A stretch of 64,000 bases of DNA, taken from positions 96,001 to 160,000 of the IMG/VR virus record IMGVR_UViG_3300028591_000072. One strand, given 5' to 3'. Shown piece after piece: positions 19,074-29,294 of this stretch. The notes beneath the pieces are model-generated. The model saw nothing but the letters and a program-made list of their open reading frames with translations, ran no database searches and was not told the DNA's origin. The stretch comes from a virus (taxonomy: Duplodnaviria > Caudoviricetes). The translations under genes were made by a program, and so were the position numbers. Numbering within the stretch: position 1 is the stretch's first letter; every line of letters starts with the position of its first letter.

Positions 19074-21701
19074 TTAACATTCTGAACTATTTTCAGGTAT
19101 AATTTGTTCATTTACAATATCAGCATATTCAACATCTTCTATATATCCAATTGGCTTCGTTTGTACAATCCCAACTATATTTTGCATGCATTTTAGTGCA
19201 TCTAATAATATAATTGTCCAATCGGTTATTCGTTCAAGATATGTCATTATTTCATATTTTTTAATCAATGGTAAAACAACTTCTGTAAAAAAGTCAAGAA
19301 GAATTTCAATTATCTTATCTTTCACAAAAAGAACTATTGATTTAACCAATCCGAGAACCTTATTAATCAATAAATTTATTATTTTTCCAAAATCCTGCCC
19401 AAACGCATCATCAATATTAACTAATCCAAATAATTGGAAATTAATCATCATTAAAAGCATAACTTGCGGCGTAAAAATAGATTCAACTATTGGCATCACA
19501 ATTGCCCATATGAACCTTTCAAGCATATTTGAATCGAAACCATATTCAAAGCCCCATCCTTTATTTTCAGGTTCAGTTCCCGGAATCATCATTATGTCAT
19601 TTACAAGTCTTGTTACATTTTTAACTGTACCTTGCGTTTCTGAATCTGAATTTATATTGTCCAATTTGTCAAAATAATCTTGTAAATTATGTTGTCTCCC
19701 TTTATATACTTCGCCATTATATTCACTAGCGGTGTATCTGCTTAATACCATTTCATTAAGAAGGTCGTTGAAATCTTCATTTGAAAACGATTTCCAACAA
19801 TCCTCAACCTCCATGTCATTTGCGGTTATGATTGAATAAATTGCCTTCCCTAAGGCTGCTTCTATTTTTTTCTTAGTTATGCTAAACTTGAAACTTGATG
19901 CTGATTCAATAGTAAACCCTAAAAGGTGTTCAACAAACCTAACCAATAGCAATCTTGGATTTAAAATTTGTATATTTTTAAGATATTCCCAATCATATTT
20001 ATATACACTTGCGTTAAAGTATTTAAAATTGTTTGATTCATCTTGATTATATTCTCCATTTATAATATCATCTCTTTTTTTAGGCAAAAAATATCTTTGT
20101 GATGGTATTCTGACCAAAATTGTTGAATTGTTATATTTTTCAATTTGAATAATTGGATATATTGCATTTGAATTTTCATCTAATTGGAATTTAAATGAAT
20201 TGCCTTCTTGTGATTTTGACGAATACCATCTATTCCAATCTTCTCCGTTAATACGTTCTATTCCGTTTTTTCTTGCAGATATTCTACTATCCCACATCAA
20301 GTGGTTTTCTTCTATTTGATTTGTTTTATTTCCTCTGTTTATGCAATACCATATGAAAGCATTCATGTCATATGCCCTATAAAGTAATGTTGGTGAAATT
20401 CCTTCATAGCAAACAATTAAATCAGGACTATTTTCATCAATAACAGACCTATCAGGAACATAAGTGTATCTTACGGCTTCTGTTGTTTTTTCTTTTTTTG
20501 AATCAACAGTAACATATGACAAAAATCTTTCTTCATGTTCAACAAGTGCAGTTACTTCTGTTGGTTCTGTTGCTATTTTTTCAATTTCATAAAGTTCATC
20601 ACTTCTATCCGTTCCAAATATCATGTTTGGAATCGGTGAGCCTCCATCTGATTTCCACGAAGTTGGGCCATTTCCAGTATTTGATAAATAAATCCAAATT
20701 TTTTCTCCATTTTTTGTTCCGTATTCAAATCCTTTGTTGAATCCATTTATTTTTATTGAATAAATAACAGAGGAAGAATTATTTGGCCCAGTTGAATTAA
20801 CATATATAAAATCATTAACAAATTCATTTTCATTGTTTATTTTTTCTGTATATGTTCTCCCTTTATATATTATTAGTTTTTTTGTACATATTGAATCAGA
20901 ACCACCAGGTAGATATATAGTCGTTATTTCAATATCAAAAGGCGCTGTAGTGTGAAAATTTGAAGCATCAAGTATTGCATAACTAACCATGCTTCTTAAA
21001 TTCGATTTTTCGTAAATGAATTTTATTTGATAAACATCACAATATTTCAGACCGCTATCAATGTATTTGTCGCCAGGATTAACCTCTATTCGCTCAGGCG
21101 TTTTATATGTGTTTGTTATTAGTGTTTTTTTGTAGTAAACATCATGTCCATCAACAGAATAATATAGTCTCCCATCTCTTGTTGCAGGAGAAATTGAAAG
21201 CATTCCTATCATGTCAATCGTTGACATAGGTATTTTCAATTTATAATTATAGTCATTAGAATTATTTTCAATTGTAATGTTTTTAACGGTAGAAGACATA
21301 AGTCCTTGTATTGATGTGTTAAGGTCAAATACCTTATTTGGGAGTATTGGAATTGCGGAGCATGTATAAACACTCGAAAACAAAGCCATTAAAATGGACT
21401 TTATTGAAAATTCAAGCGTACTCATGAATTCATTTTGTTCAAATGTAAAGTCTTGCCTGTTTATATAATCATAAAGCCCGTTTATTGTCATTCCCGGTTT
21501 TCCTTCAACGCCAAATATCTTACTTATAATATATTGTATTATCTGGCTATCGCTTATACCACAACATCTTATTATATCCATAACAAAATCAAATGCAGAC
21601 TCATAAGTTTTTCCATCTTTATCGAAAATACCCATGGGAAAGTTTTCGACCATTGTTTTTATCATTCCAATGTTACTTATAACTCTGTCAGTCTGATTCA
21701 T
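19074..21701 (-). CDS. Large hypothetical virion protein
   Basis: 875-aa ORF in the late operon with a hydrophobic helical C-terminal third. Confidence 0.6.
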   Translation of the reverse strand: MNQTDRVISNIGMIKTMVENFPMGIFDKDGKTYESAFDFVMDIIRCCGISDSQIIQYIISKIFGVEGKPGMTINGLYDYINRQDFTFEQNEFMSTLEFSIKSILMALFSSVYTCSAIPILPNKVFDLNTSIQGLMSSTVKNITIENNSNDYNYKLKIPMSTIDMIGMLSISPATRDGRLYYSVDGHDVYYKKTLITNTYKTPERIEVNPGDKYIDSGLKYCDVYQIKFIYEKSNLRSMVSYAILDASNFHTTAPFDIEITTIYLPGGSDSICTKKLIIYKGRTYTEKINNENEFVNDFIYVNSTGPNNSSSVIYSIKINGFNKGFEYGTKNGEKIWIYLSNTGNGPTSWKSDGGSPIPNMIFGTDRSDELYEIEKIATEPTEVTALVEHEERFLSYVTVDSKKEKTTEAVRYTYVPDRSVIDENSPDLIVCYEGISPTLLYRAYDMNAFIWYCINRGNKTNQIEENHLMWDSRISARKNGIERINGEDWNRWYSSKSQEGNSFKFQLDENSNAIYPIIQIEKYNNSTILVRIPSQRYFLPKKRDDIINGEYNQDESNNFKYFNASVYKYDWEYLKNIQILNPRLLLVRFVEHLLGFTIESASSFKFSITKKKIEAALGKAIYSIITANDMEVEDCWKSFSNEDFNDLLNEMVLSRYTASEYNGEVYKGRQHNLQDYFDKLDNINSDSETQGTVKNVTRLVNDIMMIPGTEPENKGWGFEYGFDSNMLERFIWAIVMPIVESIFTPQVMLLMMINFQLFGLVNIDDAFGQDFGKIINLLINKVLGLVKSIVLFVKDKIIEILLDFFTEVVLPLIKKYEIMTYLERITDWTIILLDALKCMQNIVGIVQTKPIGYIEDVEYADIVNEQIIPENSSEC

Positions 21702-21707
21702 GTTTAT

Positions 21708-22112
21708 TTAGTTTTTTTTAAGGTCATATGTTATTGTACCACAGTCATTTTCGGCTATCATGCTTTTTATTTCATCTAAATTAAGAGACGTTCTTTTTTT
21801 AAAGTTTTTATCATTAACTGTTGCGTTTGCATCACCGTTATGTTTCATTATTTCTCCCATGAATTTTGCAACTTCAAACTTTGCTGAGATTGCCTTTGCC
21901 TTATCACCCATGAAATCATGAATTGCCTTTGCATATGTTGCTTTTGCATCAATACTAAATCCATCAGCGCCAAGATTTGTTGAATTGACCAATTTGTTTA
22001 TTTCGTTTTGTATTTCAGCAATTTGTTTACATGCTTGGTCATATATTTCTTGTAATAATTCTTCTATTTTTTCAGCAGAATTAAGTCTTACTTTATATCT
22101 TTTTGTTTCCAT
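21708..22112 (-). CDS. Hypothetical protein
   Basis: 134-aa ORF with late motif at 22130-22139. Confidence 0.65.
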   Translation of the reverse strand: METKRYKVRLNSAEKIEELLQEIYDQACKQIAEIQNEINKLVNSTNLGADGFSIDAKATYAKAIHDFMGDKAKAISAKFEVAKFMGEIMKHNGDANATVNDKNFKKRTSLNLDEIKSMIAENDCGTITYDLKKN

Positions 22113-22159
22113 AACTTTTAATATATAAAATAAATAGTTTTATATAATTTTCGTATCGT

Positions 22160-23056
22160 TTATTTGATTTCTTTTTCTTTCAAAAAATAATACACATTCT
22201 TAAAGTTACGCATATTATCTCTCAATTCCTTAGTTGTCATCATTGTATCTTCTCTCAAATAATAAAGTATTGATGATTTTTGTAGTTTCTTGCTACCTTC
22301 ATTCGGTAACACACTTTCCCAATTCTTAAACAATGTCACCAAAGACTTCCCAACCTTTACTTCGTTGTCTGTTAATCCATTAGTTTCACGCTCATTAATC
22401 ATTTTTTCTATCTCTTTTGTTATATTTATAACCAAGTTCTCAGCGTGAGTTGAAAAGCTTTCTTCATTTGTAGAAAATCTTTCATCGTTGTTAATATCTT
22501 CATATATATCTTCATAAGAAGAATTTCTTAATTTTTTCTTTGTATATTGAGAGCATTTATACATTAAATAATTTCTGCAAACAGTACCGCAGTATGAATA
22601 TGCTTTATATTTATGCAATACTTTTTTAAAATTATTTTTTACAAAATTTGAATCTTCATCTTCAAAATCAACATGAATAAATTCAGGGTCGATTTCTTCT
22701 GCACCTTTTACTTTTTCTCTGAATTCACTTTCTGTCATTTCAATAAAATCAATTCCTTCAGTATTTCCCGTGTATTCATCATAGCAATAAATTTCAGGCT
22801 TGAAATGATTTATTTTTGTAAGCAAATACGAGATTGTGTCGCTGAAATTCTGTTCAAATTCTTCATCAGGAACAAACAATTTGTATCTTCTTATGATTGA
22901 TTCTATCATTTTCGTCAATGCTGGATACAAAATACTATTAAATATTTTATTTTTTTCAAAGGTGTTTGTCTCGTTAATATATTTTACTATAGCTTCTTCT
23001 TCATTTTCATAAAAATAGCCTTTTCTTTCTTTTGGTTTTCTTCCTCGTTTCGCCAT
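22160..23056 (-). CDS. Phage RNA polymerase sigma factor (gp55-like late sigma)
   Basis: Region-2-like KMIESIIRRY...DTISYLLTKINHFKP...KAYSYCGTVCRNYL. Confidence 0.6.
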   Translation of the reverse strand: MAKRGRKPKERKGYFYENEEEAIVKYINETNTFEKNKIFNSILYPALTKMIESIIRRYKLFVPDEEFEQNFSDTISYLLTKINHFKPEIYCYDEYTGNTEGIDFIEMTESEFREKVKGAEEIDPEFIHVDFEDEDSNFVKNNFKKVLHKYKAYSYCGTVCRNYLMYKCSQYTKKKLRNSSYEDIYEDINNDERFSTNEESFSTHAENLVINITKEIEKMINERETNGLTDNEVKVGKSLVTLFKNWESVLPNEGSKKLQKSSILYYLREDTMMTTKELRDNMRNFKNVYYFLKEKEIK

Positions 23057-23160
23057 TTCTGCTAAAGTTCTTTAAAAAAACTAAGCAAAACATCAATTCT
23101 ACATTTAAAATGCACTTTCTTAATCATACCCATAAAAATGGTCTTACCGATGATGTTTTA

Positions 23161-23185
23161 AAATGGGGCATGTAACGCCCCATTT
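23161..23185 (-). terminator. Hairpin/terminator
   Basis: AAATGGGGC-ATGTAAC-GCCCCATTT downstream of the glycosyltransferase operon. Confidence 0.65.
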
Positions 23186-23203
23186 AATTTGCATCGTTAA
23201 ATA

Positions 23204-23962
23204 TTATTCTTCATATACTTTATTTCTATCTTTTTTGAAAAAATATTCTTTTTTTGCCAAATCTATCCACCAATCAGCCTCTTTTTCTGACATCGTTTCA
23301 ATATATTCACCCGTTAAACTGTCTTTTCTTCCAGTAAAATGATAATATCCAACCTTTGGAATCACAAATATTTTTTTGTTCTCATGTAATGACCTTAATA
23401 GGTATTCGAACCAAAACACAAGTTTCATTGATTCTTTAAGTTTACCAATAGAAACAAAATCATTTGTCTTAAACACAGCGCCAGAGGCGTTAAAACTTAA
23501 ATAATTTTGTAAAGATTCAATATCAACAAACCCAATTTCATCTGAAAATGAAGAAGCCCAAAAAGCCTCATTTGAATAACCGATTATTTCATTTGAATCA
23601 AAATCAATAACTTCTGTTAGTGGCAAAAATACAGAAATGTTTTTATCATCGCATTCAATATATTTTTCAACATTATTGAACCAAATTTTATTATAAAAAT
23701 CATCATATTCAAGAACAGAAAAATATTTAGTAGTAACTTTATCAATTGCAACATTTACATTATGCTGATATGACGATTCATTATTCATTTTTATCACATC
23801 AACATTATCAAATTTGTTTTCGTCTTTCTCTAAAAATTTAGAAATATCTTTTCCTATTAATATTATTTTATTTTCACCACAACTTTTAATTGCACGATTT
23901 AATTGCTCATCAATTTTTTCGCTATATTCTTTAATTGGTATAATAATAGTTAATTCTTTCAT
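23204..23962 (-). CDS. Glycosyltransferase family 2-like (GT-A)
   Basis: LTIIIP start and TTKYFSVLEYDDFY motif. Confidence 0.75.
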   Translation of the reverse strand: MKELTIIIPIKEYSEKIDEQLNRAIKSCGENKIILIGKDISKFLEKDENKFDNVDVIKMNNESSYQHNVNVAIDKVTTKYFSVLEYDDFYNKIWFNNVEKYIECDDKNISVFLPLTEVIDFDSNEIIGYSNEAFWASSFSDEIGFVDIESLQNYLSFNASGAVFKTNDFVSIGKLKESMKLVFWFEYLLRSLHENKKIFVIPKVGYYHFTGRKDSLTGEYIETMSEKEADWWIDLAKKEYFFKKDRNKVYEE

Positions 23963-25068
23963 TATTCATCCTTTGTTTTAAATACATTATTTTCAATATC
24001 AACTAACACTTCATTGAAATCTTGCAATCTTTTATCAAATATTTTATGCACATAAGAATCTATTATTTCATTTTCTTGGTTTTCCTCTGAAAACATTTCG
24101 TCAAATTTTGATTGATTTTCATATACATCCAAAGGAACCGAATCAAGTGTCCAGCTTCTAATAACTGATGAAAGAATTTTTGGCAAATCTTCAATATCAT
24201 CAAACCAAAGAACAGAATCTGTTAGATTTCCGTTTTCATCTATCATCCAATCAGAAGGATGTGTTGGAGATTTTGCTAAAACAAGATTTCCGCATCTTAA
24301 GGATTCCAATAAATCATAACCGAATTTAGTATCATCATCAATCCAAATTGTAATTGCAGATTCCCTTAATGCTTCACAAAATGTTTCTTGTGGCAAACCA
24401 CGTAAATCCCTAAATGAAATCCATTGATAAATTGGATTTTCCCAATAAAACGGTTTAACAATGTTATTGAATTTAGACTGGTCTTTAGACAGAATATTTA
24501 CAACAAGTTTTCTTGGGCAAGTGTTGTTTCTGAACATTTTTTTAATTGACGGTGAAACAATATGACATCTTAATGATGGAAAATATTCTTTTAATTTCTT
24601 CATTTGATTATTTGTAGTTACAATTGCATCGCTAATTCCAAGCGTTTCCATTGTCTGTGTTGGTGGTATAAATTCGCAAATATTATCATAATTTTGAACA
24701 ATTACAACTCTTTTACATGGCAACTTTTTCGTTTGTATCATTACATTTGCAAAAATTTCAGGAATAAACAAGAAATCACTTGGAGATATCTCAACATTTT
24801 CCTTTTCTATGTTATAATGTGGTAATTGCCCATACTCTTCCCCAAGCCATCCGCTAACGCCTGTGAATTCTTTCTCTTGATGCAACATTGCAACATTATA
24901 TCCATGCTTTTTTAACACAAGAGCTGTTTGGTATATGTATTCCAATGCGCCTGACGGATTTCCCTTTGTGTCAAGAACGAAAAAGAATACATTGAACTTT
25001 TTGTTTTCTATTTTTGAAATGCTATCAGTAACTATTTTTAGCATTTCATTTTTTGTCATTTCTGCCAT
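23962..25068 (-). CDS. Glycosyltransferase (GT-B-like)
   Basis: PSGALEYIY...GYNV, FLFIPE and FGYDLLESLRCG. Confidence 0.65.
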   Translation of the reverse strand: MAEMTKNEMLKIVTDSISKIENKKFNVFFFVLDTKGNPSGALEYIYQTALVLKKHGYNVAMLHQEKEFTGVSGWLGEEYGQLPHYNIEKENVEISPSDFLFIPEIFANVMIQTKKLPCKRVVIVQNYDNICEFIPPTQTMETLGISDAIVTTNNQMKKLKEYFPSLRCHIVSPSIKKMFRNNTCPRKLVVNILSKDQSKFNNIVKPFYWENPIYQWISFRDLRGLPQETFCEALRESAITIWIDDDTKFGYDLLESLRCGNLVLAKSPTHPSDWMIDENGNLTDSVLWFDDIEDLPKILSSVIRSWTLDSVPLDVYENQSKFDEMFSEENQENEIIDSYVHKIFDKRLQDFNEVLVDIENNVFKTKDE

Positions 25069-25088
25069 TATTATTTTATTTTAATTTA

Positions 25089-25451
25089 TTATTCTACTTC
25101 TATTAAAATTCCCCAATTAATCAAAGTATTAATAGTTAAGCAAGTACCAAAATCCATTGTGAAAGATTCTTCATCTTGATTGTTTTCAAGAAGTGCAATA
25201 ACCAAAACTTTAACAACATCATAAATAATCATGTCATTCTGTTGATTTCCATATATTTTTGTTTCATGCTCAACTTTATTTGATATTACTAATTCGCCAT
25301 TATCATCAGGCTCATATGCTTGTGAAATTTCAACTTCTTTATTTAATCCATCTTTTGATGAAGTTAGACAAACATCTTTTAACTTTTCAAGATTTAATGC
25401 ATATTTTTTTCCACAAAAACCATAATATTTATCATTTATACTCATTTTCAT
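25089..25451 (-). CDS. Hypothetical protein
   Basis: 120-aa ORF in operon. Confidence 0.65.
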   Translation of the reverse strand: MKMSINDKYYGFCGKKYALNLEKLKDVCLTSSKDGLNKEVEISQAYEPDDNGELVISNKVEHETKIYGNQQNDMIIYDVVKVLVIALLENNQDEESFTMDFGTCLTINTLINWGILIEVE

Positions 25452-26055
25452 ATTTTTCTATAATTTTTTTAATGTTATCTTGGCTTGTCAAAAAAGAACT
25501 TAAACTTGGATATTCAAAATCCGATTTATTATTTTTGTTATAATCCGTTTTTATTTTTATTGAAATTTTTGGACTCTCACAATCCGGTTTACAATCTAAT
25601 AAATCGGGATTTGCCGTGATAAGAACATCGCACCTATCCCAAATTGTAATTGAATCTTTTGGAAAATACACTTCTCTTATTTTAGTTCCCAATTTAGACA
25701 AGAAAAAATATGTATTTCCAATTGACAGCCCATACTCCATCGGAGAAACAAACATCACATCTATTTCATCGTTTTCATCAATATCTTTTATTGTTTTTTC
25801 GGTCCATTCATTTAATTCTGTTTCCAATCTTCTTGAGCAAACACCGCATTTTCCAAACAATTCGAATGCATAATCATTATACATAAAATTGTAATATGCG
25901 TTTTCGCTGTTAAAAGGAAAAACAGCATCTAATTTGTTTGTCCAAAATTCAAAATCATCCAAATCAAATTCATGATTGTACCTTTCAACATAATATTTCA
26001 AAAAATTATTTGAAAAATCCCGTACAACATCGTTTATATCTATTGCAATTTTCAT
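25432..26055 (-). CDS. HAD-superfamily 5'(3')-deoxyribonucleotidase-like protein
   Basis: MKIAIDINDVVRD N-terminal HAD motif; YNKN near the C-terminus. Confidence 0.65.
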   Translation of the reverse strand: MKIAIDINDVVRDFSNNFLKYYVERYNHEFDLDDFEFWTNKLDAVFPFNSENAYYNFMYNDYAFELFGKCGVCSRRLETELNEWTEKTIKDIDENDEIDVMFVSPMEYGLSIGNTYFFLSKLGTKIREVYFPKDSITIWDRCDVLITANPDLLDCKPDCESPKISIKIKTDYNKNNKSDFEYPSLSSFLTSQDNIKKIIEKYENEYK

Positions 26056-27059
26056 ATTTTAATTATTGTGTTTTCTAAATTTATTTCTTTTCCATTTATT
26101 TTTTCTTCACGTCTTTCCAAAATGCTACGGCCATACATTAAATCAATAGTGCTTTTTTTTGCTTCTAACTTATTGTATTTTTCTTCCATTTCTTCTGTCA
26201 TATACTTATCAACAACTGATTTGCCATCTGAAACAATGTTACAGTCGAATGTAAATACAAAACTACCATCAAATACGTTTATTTCAACAAGTTTAATGTC
26301 ATCGTACTTAAACAAGCACATATCATCTGAATTCCACGCTTTGTCAGAATACCATTCAATTGTTTCAAACTCAAACAAGTCTGAACGATAATTTTTAGTT
26401 TCAAACATATCATAAAGATTTGAAATAAGTATTGCGTCAATTTTTCCAAACTGGCTTGCTGTTGTTGGTAAATAAAAATCAACAAACGCTCTGCCAATAT
26501 CATTTTTTTGCCTGACAACAATTTTTGTGACAAATTTGTCTATTTCAATCCTTGGAACAAACCCTCCACGATTTACGGTTAATGTCGTATCATAATCATA
26601 TATTCCATTTGGGACATAAACATTTCCTATTGATGTTTCTTTTCCAAAAACCTTATTATCTTGGATTGTTCGTATATGAGTGTCTTCTGTTTCATAAACG
26701 GGTGGATGCTTCATGAAATCAACATATGTTTTTTTCATAATATGTTCTGTATTTGAAAAGATTGGGTTTCCGTCTTCGTCAAATGTCATTGTTATTGTTG
26801 ACGGGTCATATTTATCAGCTTCTTTTATTATTCTATAATGCTTTTCACGAAGTTCCTCAACTTCTTTTGTAACCTTTTCCTCAAGCAAATCATTCATAAC
26901 GCCAGATTTTGGCATATTTTGATGTACACCATTGTCCGTGTTTCCACCATTTTGCCCAAACATCATCTTATTGGCAGATTCCATGCCATAAAACAATGAA
27001 ATCCAAAACAATTTAATTGTAATTAAGATTTTTTCTAATATTTTTTTAAAATTACCCAT
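26052..27059 (-). CDS. Hypothetical protein
   Basis: 335-aa ORF with a hydrophobic N-terminus. Confidence 0.65.
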   Translation of the reverse strand: MGNFKKILEKILITIKLFWISLFYGMESANKMMFGQNGGNTDNGVHQNMPKSGVMNDLLEEKVTKEVEELREKHYRIIKEADKYDPSTITMTFDEDGNPIFSNTEHIMKKTYVDFMKHPPVYETEDTHIRTIQDNKVFGKETSIGNVYVPNGIYDYDTTLTVNRGGFVPRIEIDKFVTKIVVRQKNDIGRAFVDFYLPTTASQFGKIDAILISNLYDMFETKNYRSDLFEFETIEWYSDKAWNSDDMCLFKYDDIKLVEINVFDGSFVFTFDCNIVSDGKSVVDKYMTEEMEEKYNKLEAKKSTIDLMYGRSILERREEKINGKEINLENTIIKI

Positions 27060-27279
27060 TTACAGAATCAATTAAACCATTTAGTATTTTTTCCATTTCA
27101 TCAACAACCTTACCCCTAAAATCATTGTATTTTTTAAATAAAGCATATTGGTCGTTGTTAATGATTGAACCATCATAATTTTTTGATACACTTTCATATT
27201 TCACGCAAATAATTCTTAATGCCTTTTCCAATTCTAATAGAGATGACAATGTATAATCACGTAAATTTTCTTTTTCCAT
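27052..27279 (-). CDS. Hypothetical protein
   Basis: First gene after the TTGACT promoter at 27322-27294. Confidence 0.6.
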   Translation of the reverse strand: MEKENLRDYTLSSLLELEKALRIICVKYESVSKNYDGSIINNDQYALFKKYNDFRGKVVDEMEKILNGLIDSVNG

Positions 27280-27366
27280 GCCTTTTTATCTTAAAAATAA
27301 TAAATTTCAAATCCAAAGTCAAATATTTTCACGAACATAAAACTATTTATCAAAAAAAAAAGAAAT

Positions 27367-27801
27367 ATGCGTTATATAACGGAAAAACAATTGAACAAAA
27401 TCATAACAGAAAGCACAATTAAGGTGTTAAAGGAATATTCAGAAAATGAAGGTGTTGCCGGAGCAATTGGTGCAGGACTTGGATGGCTTGCAAATAAAGC
27501 AAGGAATGGTGTTAATAACTTTAGCCAAAACTTCCAACAGCAATATAATGGAAACACTCAACAACAACAAGGAACAGTACAAACAGGGACTCCAACAATT
27601 GAACAATTGGCACAATATTTACAAAATTTAAATATGCGTATTTCAAATTTGGAATCTAATATGACAAATGCATCAAATAATGCACAACAATCCGCAACAG
27701 CTACTGCGAATCCAGCACGAAAAAGGACAAAAAAAAGTACAACTACCAACCAACAGCCGCCTACAGCACCAACCACTCAGGCAAAAACAACACAGCAATA
27801 A
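27367..27801 (+). CDS. Gln/Thr-rich protein with shared leader
   Basis: MRYITEKQLNKIITESTIKVLKEYSE; late motif at 27341-27350. Confidence 0.75.
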   Translation: MRYITEKQLNKIITESTIKVLKEYSENEGVAGAIGAGLGWLANKARNGVNNFSQNFQQQYNGNTQQQQGTVQTGTPTIEQLAQYLQNLNMRISNLESNMTNASNNAQQSATATANPARKRTKKSTTTNQQPPTAPTTQAKTTQQ

Positions 27802-27837
27802 ACGCTTAAAATAATTTATAATAACACAACATAAAAA

Positions 27838-28359
27838 ATGAACAAGAAACAAGTTATAAGAATAAGTGAACAACAACTAAGGCAAATAGTTTCCGAATGC
27901 ACAAAAAAAATATTATCGGAAAATGAATCCAATGAAGAAGACATGGAAGAAGGCTTCTTTGGAAATATGAAGGATAAACTTGGTGCAGTAAAGGACACAT
28001 TCAAAAAGGGTGGAAATTACGATGCCCATTTTAATAATCGCCAATTACAAAGAGCAAGGGGAGACATTGAAAGTCTTAAAGGAAAATACGGTGTACAAAA
28101 CGGTCAAAACGGAGCACAATACGTAAAGCAAAATTCACAAGCGGCAATAGACCAAATTAATGCAAAATATGACCAAAAAATCCAAGCATTAGAACAGCAA
28201 AGGCAATCAGAAATTGCTAAAACAACAGGCAAAACACAAAAACAATGGGATAAATACCAATCAAAGAAAGGTGCTCTTGACCAAACAAGAAATCAAGCAT
28301 ATCAAGGAAGACGTACAGCAATGAACGCAAATCCATATGCTGATTTTGCTGAAGAATAA
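27838..28359 (+). CDS. Gln/Lys-rich helical protein with shared leader
   Basis: MNKKQVIRISEQQLRQIVSECTKKILSE. Confidence 0.75.
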   Translation: MNKKQVIRISEQQLRQIVSECTKKILSENESNEEDMEEGFFGNMKDKLGAVKDTFKKGGNYDAHFNNRQLQRARGDIESLKGKYGVQNGQNGAQYVKQNSQAAIDQINAKYDQKIQALEQQRQSEIAKTTGKTQKQWDKYQSKKGALDQTRNQAYQGRRTAMNANPYADFAEE

Positions 28360-28380
28360 AAAACTAAAAACATTAAAATA

Positions 28381-28413
28381 AAAAAGTCAGCCTTATTTAG
28401 ACTGACTTTTTTT
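28381..28413. terminator. Bidirectional terminator (AAAGTCAG family)
   Basis: AAAAAGTCAGCC-TTATTT-AGACTGACTTTTTTT between convergent genes. Confidence 0.75.
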
Positions 28414-28653
28414 CTTTATGTTCAAATCATATCCTTTTGATGGCCAACCCATATAGCAGTCAAGAGCGACACTAACAATTAGCCATAGAACCATAGCCCA
28501 AGAAAGGAAACTTAGTAGAACATCTTCAATAATTTCTTGTTTTGAAATATATTCAATTTCTTTATCATAAAGATAAAAATACTCATATGCAAATATTCCA
28601 ATTTCAGATATAAGTACACCAATTATATACCATAAGATGATTGAAAAAAACAT
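28393..28653 (-). CDS. Small membrane protein
   Basis: Two hydrophobic segments. Confidence 0.6.
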   Translation of the reverse strand: MFFSIILWYIIGVLISEIGIFAYEYFYLYDKEIEYISKQEIIEDVLLSFLSWAMVLWLIVSVALDCYMGWPSKGYDLNIKKKSQSK

Positions 28654-28683
28654 TGTTATTTTATTTTAAATTAAACATACGAA

Positions 28684-29130
28684 TTAATTAATTCCTGTGT
28701 GCCCGAATCCGCCATCACCACGTTCTGTTTCATCTAATTCTTTAACTTCCGCAAAAATAGCACATTCAACTTTTTTGAATAGCATTTGAGCGATTCTGTC
28801 ACCATTTTTAACAACAAAATCCTCATTTGAAAGATTAACCAAAAGAACACAAATTTCTCCAGTATAATCACTGTCGCATACGCCAGGGGTGTTAATTACA
28901 GTTATTCCCTTTTTAATTGCCAAGCCACTTCTTGGTCTTACAGAGCCCTCATATCCTTCAGGAATTTGCATATATAAACCAGTATGAATCGTTTTTCTTT
29001 CCATTGGCTTTATAAGAATATCTTCTTCAGTAAATGCCCTTAAATCAACGCCAGCAGAACCTGTTGTTTCGTATGACGGATTTGGATTATTTGATTTGTT
29101 GATAAGTTTTACTTTAATCATATTTACCAT
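28684..29130 (-). CDS. dut: Trimeric dUTPase
   Basis: All five motifs: AGVDL, RPRSGLA, GVCDSDYTGEI, GDRIAQM and RGDGGFGHTG. Confidence 0.97.
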   Translation of the reverse strand: MVNMIKVKLINKSNNPNPSYETTGSAGVDLRAFTEEDILIKPMERKTIHTGLYMQIPEGYEGSVRPRSGLAIKKGITVINTPGVCDSDYTGEICVLLVNLSNEDFVVKNGDRIAQMLFKKVECAIFAEVKELDETERGDGGFGHTGIN

Positions 29131-29294
29131 GTTTTTAAATTATTATATCTTCCACCACTCCAATCTTTTCCTTCTTCATTATTCCAAGGAGCAAGAGGGT
29201 CATCTTTTGTCTCTGTTGCATTCCATGGTGCAAATGGGTTATATGCCTCAGTTCCATTATTCCACGGAGCAAATGGGTCACTATTCCTTCTCAT
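29124..29294 (-). CDS. 56-aa peptide with three (D/N)P(F/L)APWN repeats (not in the ORF track)
   Basis: MRRNSDPFAPWNNGTEAYNPFAPWNATETKDDPLAPWNNEEGKDWSGGRYNNLKTW; its start and stop overlap both neighbouring genes. Confidence 0.8.
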   Translation of the reverse strand: MRRNSDPFAPWNNGTEAYNPFAPWNATETKDDPLAPWNNEEGKDWSGGRYNNLKTW

